Below, piece after piece: positions 7,704 through 15,940 of a DNA stretch of 41,770 nt. Numbering within the stretch: position 1 is the first letter of the stretch; each line of letters begins with the position of its first letter. The translations under genes were made by a program, and so were the position numbers. The DNA is from Candidatus Aminicenantes bacterium (GTDB taxonomy: Bacteria > Acidobacteriota > Aminicenantia > Aminicenantales > Aminicenantaceae). The DNA is taken from the NCBI GenBank assembly GCA_050116035.1, contig JASFPJ010000002.1, forward strand, positions 1 through 41,770. Reading direction: 5' to 3'. Under the pieces are notes generated by a model. It did no database searches, was not told the origin of the DNA, and worked only from the letters and a program-made list of their open reading frames with translations.

Positions 7704-8942
7704 ATGGAACAAATGGCTAACTTATCTACGGATCAATGGCAAGAAATTTTTAAAATCCTATTGGTCCCGATTAAATGGATTATTCCCTTCCAAAAAGCGC
7801 TTATTGACTTTTTTGTGCATTCCTCTTCATCCTGGGCCGCCATCGGAAAATACTTGTTTCTCCTTTTTCCTCTACTCCTCTTACTGGGCGCTGTTTGGAG
7901 CACGCAGCTTTCTCTCTACACAATTCCTTTCCGTTCAAAACGCATCAACTTCATCACAACTCTGCTTCTTGCCTGGTGGGATGGAGCCCGAGCCGTATGG
8001 CTCTTCTGGGTGGGATTGTTTCGTCTTGTTGTGGTCGTGCTCGGATGGATATTTTCTGTGGCCAGACTGGCTGTCAAATTCGTAGTGGTCGCCCTCAAGT
8101 ATATCCTGGCGGCTCCGTTTGCGATGACCGGCCGGATGACAAAAAGTTTTTTCAGGCCTGGAGTTCCCTGGATCGCTTTTTTAATCCTTGTCTTCTGGTG
8201 TATGCTCGAATCCGGAATCTTCACGTTCGTCCTCTTCCCGACAATTTCAGAGGTGCTTATGGATATCGTGGGAACCGATGAGGTCTCACCACTCACAACG
8301 CCTCTGTTGTATGTCTTCTTACTCATTCTCATCATGGGAAGTTTTGCCGCTCTCCAGGCGCTAGCTGACGCAGTTCGAACGAAAAAAATCAAGCTCATCA
8401 TTCAGATGGTTGTCATCGAGTTGATCGTTATGGGATTTGAGGTGATGTTCCTGTATCGCGAGTTGGTAGACGCAATCACGCCCTGGATTGTCCAGCAGAC
8501 AGGCATGCGAGTGGGAATCTTCTTCACCTTATCAGTGGCAAGCTTTGGATGGATTGCTATTCGAGGCATGACCTGGTTCCTATTCGGGCAGTACGGGACT
8601 CCGCCGCTTCTGGCTTTGATCTCCCGTCGACCGGTTGAGCAGGCCGCGGAAGGCCAGAGAGAGGCGGCACCTGATATCACAGAAGCCTCGAGATGGTGGA
8701 AGCAGCCGATTCAGGATTTCAAAAATGAGATCGACTGGCTACATCGGAAATTCAATGAACTTCTGGAATTCCTCACACTGCCCATACTCCAGGTATTAGC
8801 AGCGATTATCAATTTCGTCATGATCTTGCTCACCGCGCGCCCGATTTTCAACCTTCCGTTCAAAGAATTGAAGGATGTGATGGACACGAAGGAGATTCTG
8901 GTGGCACGAGGTATGATCCCCAAAGCAGGAGAGGAAGCTTGA
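7704..8942 (+). CDS. Polytopic membrane protein of unknown function (about 8 TM)
   Basis: 412-aa ORF with SD AGGTGG 6 nt upstream. About seven hydrophobic helices, a charged segment (aa ~310-350), then a final helix. No family recognised. The stop overlaps the start of the next gene. Confidence 0.75.
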   Translation: MEQMANLSTDQWQEIFKILLVPIKWIIPFQKALIDFFVHSSSSWAAIGKYLFLLFPLLLLLGAVWSTQLSLYTIPFRSKRINFITTLLLAWWDGARAVWLFWVGLFRLVVVVLGWIFSVARLAVKFVVVALKYILAAPFAMTGRMTKSFFRPGVPWIAFLILVFWCMLESGIFTFVLFPTISEVLMDIVGTDEVSPLTTPLLYVFLLILIMGSFAALQALADAVRTKKIKLIIQMVVIELIVMGFEVMFLYRELVDAITPWIVQQTGMRVGIFFTLSVASFGWIAIRGMTWFLFGQYGTPPLLALISRRPVEQAAEGQREAAPDITEASRWWKQPIQDFKNEIDWLHRKFNELLEFLTLPILQVLAAIINFVMILLTARPIFNLPFKELKDVMDTKEILVARGMIPKAGEEA

Positions 8943-9706
8943 TGCGGAAACACAAAAATTTCTTTTTCTGGAGCTTGGGAATTGTACTCCTGTTAATGAT
9001 CCTTGCGGCATGCACGATGCCAGACAGCCAACGAAAACCTCGGTTGGTCCTGTTCGTTGGCGTGGATGTGAGCGGTTCTTTCCGGAACACACCCTATTAT
9101 GACGATGCGATCACATTTCTTTCCCACTATATCTACGGCCATCTCAATGAACTGGGTGGGTTGAGTAGACTGAGGGCTCTTTTTGTCGGCTCTATTGGGG
9201 GACAAAGTGCAGATGAACCCAAGGCCTTCCACCCTATTCACGACCTCGAAGGGAAGGATGTTACACAGATTGAGGAAGAGCTTCGAAAGTGGTTTCCACC
9301 CGAGGACATAATCACTGACTTCAATGCTTTCTTCGAAGAGATCGCGCGGCTCACGAAGGATAGAAACCTCACCCTTGCCCCGATTTCTATCGTTGTCGTT
9401 ACGGATGGTGTTCCCGCTTTGGGAACTTCAGAGGAAAAAGCCGCTTATGAAAAGATCAATATGGATCCTTTAGAATACCTATCCCGGAGGGTCACTGTCC
9501 GGCTCACTTACCTGGAACCCAAGGTGGCCCAGCACTGGCGGGAAGATGTTCCTGCCAGGCGAGTCCGTGTCTGGACCGTTCCAGGTGAAGTTATGGTGGG
9601 ATGGCGGAAACAGATGGAGCTAGGCGTTGACTTAGCCCTTCAGGACAAATTGTGGAAGTGGGTCAAGGATAATGTCGACTTCCGCGTGCGTGCCAGAAGG
9701 TTCTGA
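8942..9706 (+). CDS. vWA-like (MIDAS-containing) lipoprotein
   Basis: ORF track starts at TTG 8939. ATG 8942 shares one base with the upstream TGA (TGATG) and has SD GGAGAGGAAG upstream. Lipobox LILAAC|T. LFVGVDVSGSF (DxSxS), ITDFNAFF and VVVTDG match the vWA/MIDAS order. Confidence 0.7.
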   Translation: MRKHKNFFFWSLGIVLLLMILAACTMPDSQRKPRLVLFVGVDVSGSFRNTPYYDDAITFLSHYIYGHLNELGGLSRLRALFVGSIGGQSADEPKAFHPIHDLEGKDVTQIEEELRKWFPPEDIITDFNAFFEEIARLTKDRNLTLAPISIVVVTDGVPALGTSEEKAAYEKINMDPLEYLSRRVTVRLTYLEPKVAQHWREDVPARRVRVWTVPGEVMVGWRKQMELGVDLALQDKLWKWVKDNVDFRVRARRF

Positions 9707-9855
9707 TAAAAAAAACGACGCAGGTTGCTAGATAGTTTTATTGATTGCTGTAAGGTTATTCAAAAGATTTCTACGCAACTTTTTCACTTCACTCGCCACC
9801 CTCTCTGACTTCAGCATTAGGCACTCGCTTAATAATTCGGTAACGTTAGAATAAT

Positions 9856-10017
9856 GTCATTGCGGGCGATGCGCGGCAATCTTACCTACCTGTCATTGCG
9901 AGCGGAGCGTGGCAATCTCACTTACCTGTCATTGCGAGGAACGAAGTGACGTGGCAATCCCTTAAGAAGAAAAATATTCTTCCATAAGAGATCACTTCAC
10001 TTCGATCGCAATAACAA
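9856..10017. repeat. Family-1 repeat array: three direct units at an exact 36-nt period (9856, 9892, 9928) plus an inverted unit (9988-10016)
   Basis: gtcattgcgggcgatgcgcggcaatct / gtcattgcgagcggagcgtggcaatctc / gtcattgcgaggaacgaagtgacgtggcaatccc, joined by TTACCT-type 8-9 nt linkers. The last forward unit plus gagatcacttcacttcgatcgcaataaca form a composite hairpin. Confidence 0.85.
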
Positions 10018-10089
10018 TCTTGATTTCAATTCTTTAACAAAAGTATTCCCTAGTAGTAAACAACAGATTTCTTTTTCCTTTTTTTAGGT

Positions 10090-10119
10090 TTGACAATATT
10101 GGACTATCTGAAATATGCT
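10090..10119 (+). promoter_or_regulatory. Possible sigma-70-like promoter TTGACA-N18-TATGCT
   Basis: TTGACA 10090-10095 and TATGCT 10114-10119, upstream of the Tat-signal short ORF and the BNR gene. By-eye match only. Confidence 0.3.
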
Positions 10120-10200
10120 AAATCAAAATTATTGTATGAAGGCATTTAGAGGTTTGAATGTCCACAAAATTCCGCCTCGACAGACGCTAAAGACACCAAA

Positions 10201-10341
10201 ATGAAATTGACCAAAACCACACGCCGGAACTTTTTGAAGGCGACAGGATTAGGCGTGATTTCACTGAGCATGCCTTCTATTCCTCTGATAAAACAAACAC
10301 AGAAGCATAAACCCAACATTATAAAGGATTTTAAATCATGA
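10201..10341 (+). other. 46-codon ORF encoding only a consensus twin-arginine signal peptide (MKLTKTTRRNFLKATGLGVISLSMPS...). Probable gene remnant or unannotated small ORF.
   Basis: Translated by hand; too short for the ORF track. TRRNFLK matches the Tat consensus (S/T)RRxFLK. The stop TGA 10339-10341 overlaps ATG 10338 of the next gene (ATGA). No SD upstream. Confidence 0.35.
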
Positions 10342-12959
10342 AGATTAAATCATTACTCACATTTGCATTTATCTTTTTGTGTGCGGGAACGTGCCTTTTA
10401 ATCATGGCCCAGGAAGAGAGGAGCCCTCTTCTTGATTCATGGGAACAGTATTTGAAACTGAAAAGGGAGTCAGAGTTTGACCTGAAATGGATATCTATCG
10501 GACCTGTTATGAATTCAGCAAGAGTGGAAGCTGTCCAGTGTGACCCGGGCCGGCCAGGAACGATGTATGTGGCTTTTGGCTCGGGAAACCTGTGGAAGAC
10601 CACAAACCATGGCCTCACCTGGAAGCCGATTTTTGAGAACCAGTCCGCCCTGGGTATCGGCGATATAGCACTGGCCCCTTCAAATCCTGATATCATCTGG
10701 CTTGGCTCTGGAGAAAGCCTTAAAAAGGCGAGGAACTTCACCATGCCGGGCACAGGTGTGTTTCGTTCTGATGATGGGGGCCGAACATGGAGAAACATGG
10801 GACTTCATGATTCCTTCCATATCGGAGAGATTGCCGTTCATCCGAAAAATCCGGATAGAGTGGTCGTGGCGGTGCAGGGCCATTTCTGGTCGACCAACAC
10901 AAACCGGGGACTGTACAGGACTGTAGACGGAGGCCAAACGTGGGAGCATGTCCTGTATGTGAACCAACGCACCGGGGCCAACGATGTGGTCATCGCGCCA
11001 TCCAATCCGGATATAATCTATGCCTCCATGTGGGAAAACAATCCCGGAACATTCGGTAAAGAGAGCGGAGTGTATAAAAGCTCTGATGGCGGAAAAACAT
11101 GGACAAGACTGAAGGGAGGTTTGCCTGATGGCCCGCGAACAGGCCGCATCGGTCTGGCTGTGTCATGGTCCAATCCGGATAAGGCCTATGCTCTGGTGGA
11201 TAACCTGAATAGAGACAAGGAGCAGGCCGCTGAGGTCTACCGCACTGTGGATGGAGGGAAAAGCTGGAAAAGGACCCATAAGGAAGACCTTCATATCTTT
11301 TCGCGCATCGGATGGTATTTTACCGACTGCTATGTGAATCCCCAGGACGATGACGAGGTCTTCGCTCTGGGTGTGAGAGTGGCACACAGCGCAGATGGCG
11401 GAAAGACATTCAAACTGATTGGCGGAGATGTGTTCCATCTTTTCCCGAATGCGTCCGAAGTGCTGCATCTTGACCATTGTGAGCTCTGGATCAATCCTCT
11501 CAATCCCAATCATCTGGCTTTAGGCAATGACGGGGGATTTTTTGTCAGCTATGACAAGGGAAAATCCTGGATGCATTACAATAACCTTCCGGCCGGAGAG
11601 TTCTATGACATTTCTGTCGATAATCAGGATCCCTATTGTGTTTATGGGGGGACGCAGGATGACTCATCCGTGTACGGCCCGGCCAAAGAATGGAATCCAA
11701 TTTATAAGGATGGGTGGGAATACGTCTGGCTGGATGCCTGGTCAGGGGGAGATGGGTGCGTCACGATTCCTGACCCGGAAGACCCGAATACCGTCTATTT
11801 TTCGAGCCAGCACGGAGGAATCCGAAGAAAGGATATGAAGGCGAGCCGTTCTGTGGGAATCCGCCCCCGGCTGCCCAAAGGGCATGAAGGAAGGTTGACC
11901 TACATGTTCGTGGCGCCGTACATCATCTCTCCCCACAATCATCTGACGCTCTATCATGCCGGCAACTATGTTTTTAAAAGTCTGAACAGAGGAGATTCCT
12001 GGAAGCTGATCAGTCCTGATTTATCGCAGTCAGCCCATGAGGAAAAGAACTCCATTGCCATGGGCGCAGTCGCTGAATCTCTCCTGGAGCCAGGGCTTCT
12101 GTATGCGGGAACGGATAAAGGCGCTTTCTGGGTGACGCATAATGACGGCATGGAATGGATTGAGCATTCCGAGGGGCTCCCCAACAGATACATTCGGAGC
12201 ATCTGTCCTTCTCGTTTTAGTCTCTCCAGAGTCTATATCGCCGTGCCCGGCATCAATGATGATGACCTGAAGAATTACCTGTTTGTCTCTGAAGACTATG
12301 GGAAAACCTGGAAATCGATCAGCTCCAACCTGCCCGATGAGGTCGCCTATGTCATCCTTGAGGACCCTGTGAACGAGAACATCCTCTATGCTGGCCTGTA
12401 CCGAGGCGTTTATGTATCTACAAACCGAGGCCAAAGCTGGTCTTTGCTGGGACCGGGTATGGCGGCCACAGCCATTTCCGATTTGGTCATCCAGGAGAGG
12501 GAAATGGACCTAGTGGCAGGGACTCATGGCCGGGGAATATACAGGATGAATATCCAGCCGATTCAGCGGGCGTTTAAAAACGGTGAGCCACAGACTAATA
12601 TTCTTTTCGAAACACCTGTGGCCCGCCTGCCCTGGATCAAGGATACTCACCGTGACCCGAAATACAGCACCATGGAAAAGGTTCCGATAACCTTTTACCT
12701 TACGAAAGAGGCCAAGGTGACGATCAACGTGAAAAACAAGAGAGGGCAAGTCATCTGGTCGATTCCGTACAAGGCCAAGAAAGGCTTCAATCAGTACAGA
12801 TGGGACCTGGTAAGAGAAAAAGTGGACAGTCCACAGCCCTATTTTATCCAGTATTATCGATTCGCACGGGCGGGGACCTATGAGATTCACATATCAGGTG
12901 ACGGCGTTGACCTGAAAGGTGAGCTGTCCATAATCAACCGCGAGTCACCTGATTTTTAG
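10338..12959 (+). CDS. Secreted BNR/Asp-box repeat beta-propeller protein (sortilin/VPS10- or GH74-like glycosidase family), with a C-terminal beta-sandwich domain
   Basis: 873-aa ORF with a Sec signal peptide (MKIKSLLTFAFIFLCAGTCLLIMA|QE). About ten Asp-box motifs (SDDGGRTW, TVDGGQTW, SSDGGKTW, TVDGGKSW, SADGGKTF, SYDKGKSW, NRGDSW, SEDYGKTW, STNRGQSW). Confidence 0.9.
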   Translation: MKIKSLLTFAFIFLCAGTCLLIMAQEERSPLLDSWEQYLKLKRESEFDLKWISIGPVMNSARVEAVQCDPGRPGTMYVAFGSGNLWKTTNHGLTWKPIFENQSALGIGDIALAPSNPDIIWLGSGESLKKARNFTMPGTGVFRSDDGGRTWRNMGLHDSFHIGEIAVHPKNPDRVVVAVQGHFWSTNTNRGLYRTVDGGQTWEHVLYVNQRTGANDVVIAPSNPDIIYASMWENNPGTFGKESGVYKSSDGGKTWTRLKGGLPDGPRTGRIGLAVSWSNPDKAYALVDNLNRDKEQAAEVYRTVDGGKSWKRTHKEDLHIFSRIGWYFTDCYVNPQDDDEVFALGVRVAHSADGGKTFKLIGGDVFHLFPNASEVLHLDHCELWINPLNPNHLALGNDGGFFVSYDKGKSWMHYNNLPAGEFYDISVDNQDPYCVYGGTQDDSSVYGPAKEWNPIYKDGWEYVWLDAWSGGDGCVTIPDPEDPNTVYFSSQHGGIRRKDMKASRSVGIRPRLPKGHEGRLTYMFVAPYIISPHNHLTLYHAGNYVFKSLNRGDSWKLISPDLSQSAHEEKNSIAMGAVAESLLEPGLLYAGTDKGAFWVTHNDGMEWIEHSEGLPNRYIRSICPSRFSLSRVYIAVPGINDDDLKNYLFVSEDYGKTWKSISSNLPDEVAYVILEDPVNENILYAGLYRGVYVSTNRGQSWSLLGPGMAATAISDLVIQEREMDLVAGTHGRGIYRMNIQPIQRAFKNGEPQTNILFETPVARLPWIKDTHRDPKYSTMEKVPITFYLTKEAKVTINVKNKRGQVIWSIPYKAKKGFNQYRWDLVREKVDSPQPYFIQYYRFARAGTYEIHISGDGVDLKGELSIINRESPDF

Positions 12960-13339
12960 CTCTGCAACTCAACGACTCGTGAATAATCCAGGTTCGAAAC
13001 TTGACTTTTCTTTTGCCGCCATAAATGGTATATTTAAAAGTCATTTTTTGGATTCAGGCTTGGTGTGAATGCATCGCTGCTGTGAAGCCGTGCAGAGCCA
13101 AAGCCCTGGTTGGGAAGGGAGAGAATAGCTCGGACTTGCAGAAATTTATGAACATCAAGTTTTGAATTTTCTCTAGGCTCAAGCGGGATTTTTCTCTTTT
13201 GCCACAAGCCGTTTATCAGGCTAAATCCTAGAAACTTCAAGTTCGCTTATGAATGGAGTTTAAAGATAACAGGAATACAGATTTCCATCAAAAGGATTGG
13301 TTCAATGACAATCATTCAGATTCACAAAAGGAAGAAATC

Positions 13340-14752
13340 ATGCCAAAGCCAATGATAATGAAGTTTAATCGGAGATGGCGGGTTTATCTATTCATCACTG
13401 TTCTATCTGCCCTTGCCACCGGATTGTTCTCCAATCTCGTCCATGCCCAGAGCGCAGCCGTGCGGGAATTTAGCCTGCAATCGGCACAGAAGTATGCGGT
13501 CGAGTTCAGTTATGAAACCCAGAGATCTCAGCTGGATATCCAGAGCGCAAAAAAGAAAATGAGGGAAACACTTCTAACGGGATTTCCCCAACTCTATTCC
13601 ACTGTTGACTACATGAATAACCTTGAGCTGGCGACAGTGTTGATCCCGAATATCTTTGAGGGAAAATTTGATGAAAAGATTCCGGTCCAGTTTGGCACCC
13701 AGCACAATGCGAGTGTTAATTTTGTCTTAAACCAACTCGTATTCAACGGGAGTTATATCGTCGGCCTCAAAGCGTCGAAGATCTACCGTCAGCTGGCGGA
13801 CCAGAATCATGCAAGAACGCAATTGGATATCCTGGAGACAGTCACAAACACATATTATTTAATCCTGGTCGCTGAAGAGAGTGAACGGATCCTGAATTCG
13901 AATCTCGAGAACTTGGAGAAAACCCATTATGAGATCCGCGAGAGATACAAGGAGGGTTTTGTGGCTGAAACGGATGCTGACCTTGTCCAGATAGCCGTGA
14001 TAAAACTGAAAAACAGCCTACAGTCGATTGTCAGACAGAAGGAGATTGCCTATAAACTTTTGAAGTTCCAGATGGGATTAGACCTAAATGGACAAATTGT
14101 CCTGACAGATAAACTGGAAGATATTATTCAACAGATAGATATCTCGAAAACAGGAGATGCCGAATTTGATATTGAGCAGAACATTGACTACAAACTGCTC
14201 GAGACACAGGAAAAGCTTTCTGAAATGAACTTGAAGAATGAAAAAGCTCAGTATTATCCTACGATTTCAGCCTTTTACTCGTTCCAATGGAATGCGTTCC
14301 GTGATGCATTCACTTTTTTCAATTTCAAAGAGGATTGGTTCCGCACCCAGGTTTTGGGTTTAAATATCAGCATCCCGGTATTCAGGAGCGGTGCCCAGAA
14401 AGCCAAAGTCGCTCAGGCCTCCATTGCCCTGGAACAGGCAAAGAACGCGAAAATTCAAGCGTCTCAGGGTTTAGCTGTGGAAGCGGCCAGTGCTAAATCG
14501 GCCTTGGATTCCGCGCATGAGAATTATTTGAATACCATGGAAAATGTGGAATTATCCAAAAAAGTATACGACACGACATTGATTAAATACAATGAAGGAG
14601 TCGCCTCCAGCCTGGATTTGACCCAGGCGAATGATCAATATCTGTTGGCTCAGTCCGATTTCATTCAAGCCATGTCCGGACTTCTCACAGCAAAGAATAA
14701 ATTGGACAGGTTGCACAGTAATTATCAAACTCTGCGAACAAAGGACGAATGA
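13340..14752 (+). CDS. TolC-family outer membrane efflux protein
   Basis: ORF track starts at 13253. The in-frame ATG 13340 has SD AGGAAG upstream and precedes a signal peptide (..LATGLFSNLVHA|QS). Two tandem OEP-type coiled repeats; the family-typical LDLTQANDQYLLAQSDF segment lies near the C-terminus. Confidence 0.9.
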   Translation: MPKPMIMKFNRRWRVYLFITVLSALATGLFSNLVHAQSAAVREFSLQSAQKYAVEFSYETQRSQLDIQSAKKKMRETLLTGFPQLYSTVDYMNNLELATVLIPNIFEGKFDEKIPVQFGTQHNASVNFVLNQLVFNGSYIVGLKASKIYRQLADQNHARTQLDILETVTNTYYLILVAEESERILNSNLENLEKTHYEIRERYKEGFVAETDADLVQIAVIKLKNSLQSIVRQKEIAYKLLKFQMGLDLNGQIVLTDKLEDIIQQIDISKTGDAEFDIEQNIDYKLLETQEKLSEMNLKNEKAQYYPTISAFYSFQWNAFRDAFTFFNFKEDWFRTQVLGLNISIPVFRSGAQKAKVAQASIALEQAKNAKIQASQGLAVEAASAKSALDSAHENYLNTMENVELSKKVYDTTLIKYNEGVASSLDLTQANDQYLLAQSDFIQAMSGLLTAKNKLDRLHSNYQTLRTKDE

Positions 14753-15891
14753 CCATGAAAAATTGCAAATACTTGATTCTATTGGGAATGGGATTGATTC
14801 TTGCCGCCTGCGGCCCTCCGAGTGAAGAAGCGCAGCTGGCACGATTGGAAAGGCAGAGAGAAGCCTTGACGGAAAAGATCGAGAAGCTGAAACAGGAAAT
14901 CGCTCAAAAAGCCAATCCAGGCGTGAAAAGCGAAAAGGTTATGAATGTCGAGATTTCACAGGTAGAAAAAGGCATTTTTCGGCATTATATCCAGGTGCAG
15001 GGCACGGTTGAATCAGACAACAACGTTCTGGTTGCCCCGCAGTCTTCGGGAGTTGTCAAAAAGATCCATGTCCAAGCCGGCCGTAAAATCACCAGAGGGC
15101 AGCTTCTGGTTGAACTGGATGGAGCCATTCTGGAAAGCAGTATCGCTGAAGTGGAGAATGGATTGAAACTTGCCAATACGATTTTTGAAAGGCAACAAAG
15201 GCTGTGGAATAAAAATATCGGCAGTGAGATCGAGTTCCTTCAAGCCAAGAACAACAAAGAAAGTCTGGAAAAGAAATTGGCGACGTTAGAGGAACAATAC
15301 AAAATGACGAAAATTTTCGCACCTTTATCCGGAACGATCGATGAGGTTCTGATTAAAGAAGGAGAGATGGCGGTTGCAGGAATGGGCGCTGTTCGTATCG
15401 TGCAGCTATCCAACCTGAAGATCAAAGTCGATCTCTCAGAGATTTACACTTCGCGGATCAAAAAGAATGATCTCGTGCACGTCAACATACCGGTAACCGG
15501 GAAAGAATTCGACCTTCGTGTCAGTGCTGTCTCCCAGGTTATCGACCCGAATGACCGCACTTTCCAGATCGAAATAAAGATTCCCCAATCCGAAGCCGGA
15601 ATCAAACCGAATATGCTGTCGGTTTTAATGATCAACGACTACACGAATCAGGAGGCTTTGATCGTTCCGCTGAACATTGTCCAGGAGACAGGGCAGGAAC
15701 AGTTTATTTTTGTGGCCGAACCGCTGGATGGAAACTGGATTGCTCGGCGGAGATCGGTCAAGACTGGATACAGCTATAACGACCGAACTGAAGTTCTCTC
15801 CGGGCTTGAGGAGGGCGAGCATGTGGTGACGTTCGGGTACCAGAATCTGGCCGATGGTCAAAAGTTGACAGTGGTTTCGAACTCAAAATGA
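14749..15891 (+). CDS. RND efflux periplasmic adaptor (membrane fusion protein, HlyD/AcrA family), lipoprotein
   Basis: 380-aa ORF whose ATG overlaps the TolC stop (ATGA). Lipobox LILAAC|G, a coiled-coil region, lipoyl-like VLVAPQSSGVVKKIHVQAGRKITRGQLLVELD, and a beta-barrel region. Confidence 0.9.
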   Translation: MTMKNCKYLILLGMGLILAACGPPSEEAQLARLERQREALTEKIEKLKQEIAQKANPGVKSEKVMNVEISQVEKGIFRHYIQVQGTVESDNNVLVAPQSSGVVKKIHVQAGRKITRGQLLVELDGAILESSIAEVENGLKLANTIFERQQRLWNKNIGSEIEFLQAKNNKESLEKKLATLEEQYKMTKIFAPLSGTIDEVLIKEGEMAVAGMGAVRIVQLSNLKIKVDLSEIYTSRIKKNDLVHVNIPVTGKEFDLRVSAVSQVIDPNDRTFQIEIKIPQSEAGIKPNMLSVLMINDYTNQEALIVPLNIVQETGQEQFIFVAEPLDGNWIARRRSVKTGYSYNDRTEVLSGLEEGEHVVTFGYQNLADGQKLTVVSNSK

Positions 15892-15940
15892 GCCTTTCGA
15901 TGGAAGGCCTCGCATTTAATAAAGAAGTGGATAATAAAAA

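Noticed and set aside
7307-8085. ORFs 7307-7537 (76 aa) and 7588-8085 (165 aa) in or near the long gap upstream of the 412-aa membrane protein
   Set aside because: The first lies in a markedly AT-rich, SD-less stretch with no recognisable features. The second overlaps, out of frame, the much longer SD-preceded membrane-protein gene. The 439-nt gap remains unexplained, but I could not support an RNA or protein gene in it.
9856-10017. Possible CRISPR array (regular 36-nt period of a conserved repeat); likewise the repeat cluster at 32075-32429
   Set aside because: The spacers would be only 8-9 nt and are themselves similar (TTACCT-type linkers). Units occur in both orientations at other loci, the same unit is dispersed singly across the window, and no cas genes are present. 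A dispersed REP/MITE-like family fits better.
12979-13068. Third possible family-3 site: GTGAATAATCCAGG (one mismatch to TGAATAATTCAGG) just upstream of the TolC-MFP-RND operon. It opens a 29-codon GTG ORF (VNNPGSKLDFSFAAINGIF...) vaguely similar to the MNNSGEMDFSLFALADI peptide at 19365.
   Set aside because: Only 13 nt match, with a mismatch. My rough expectation for such a hit in about 84 kb of two-strand sequence is ~0.05, so it is suggestive but not compelling. The left arm and the GCTGACAC block are absent, there is no SD, and the peptide similarity rests on very few residues.
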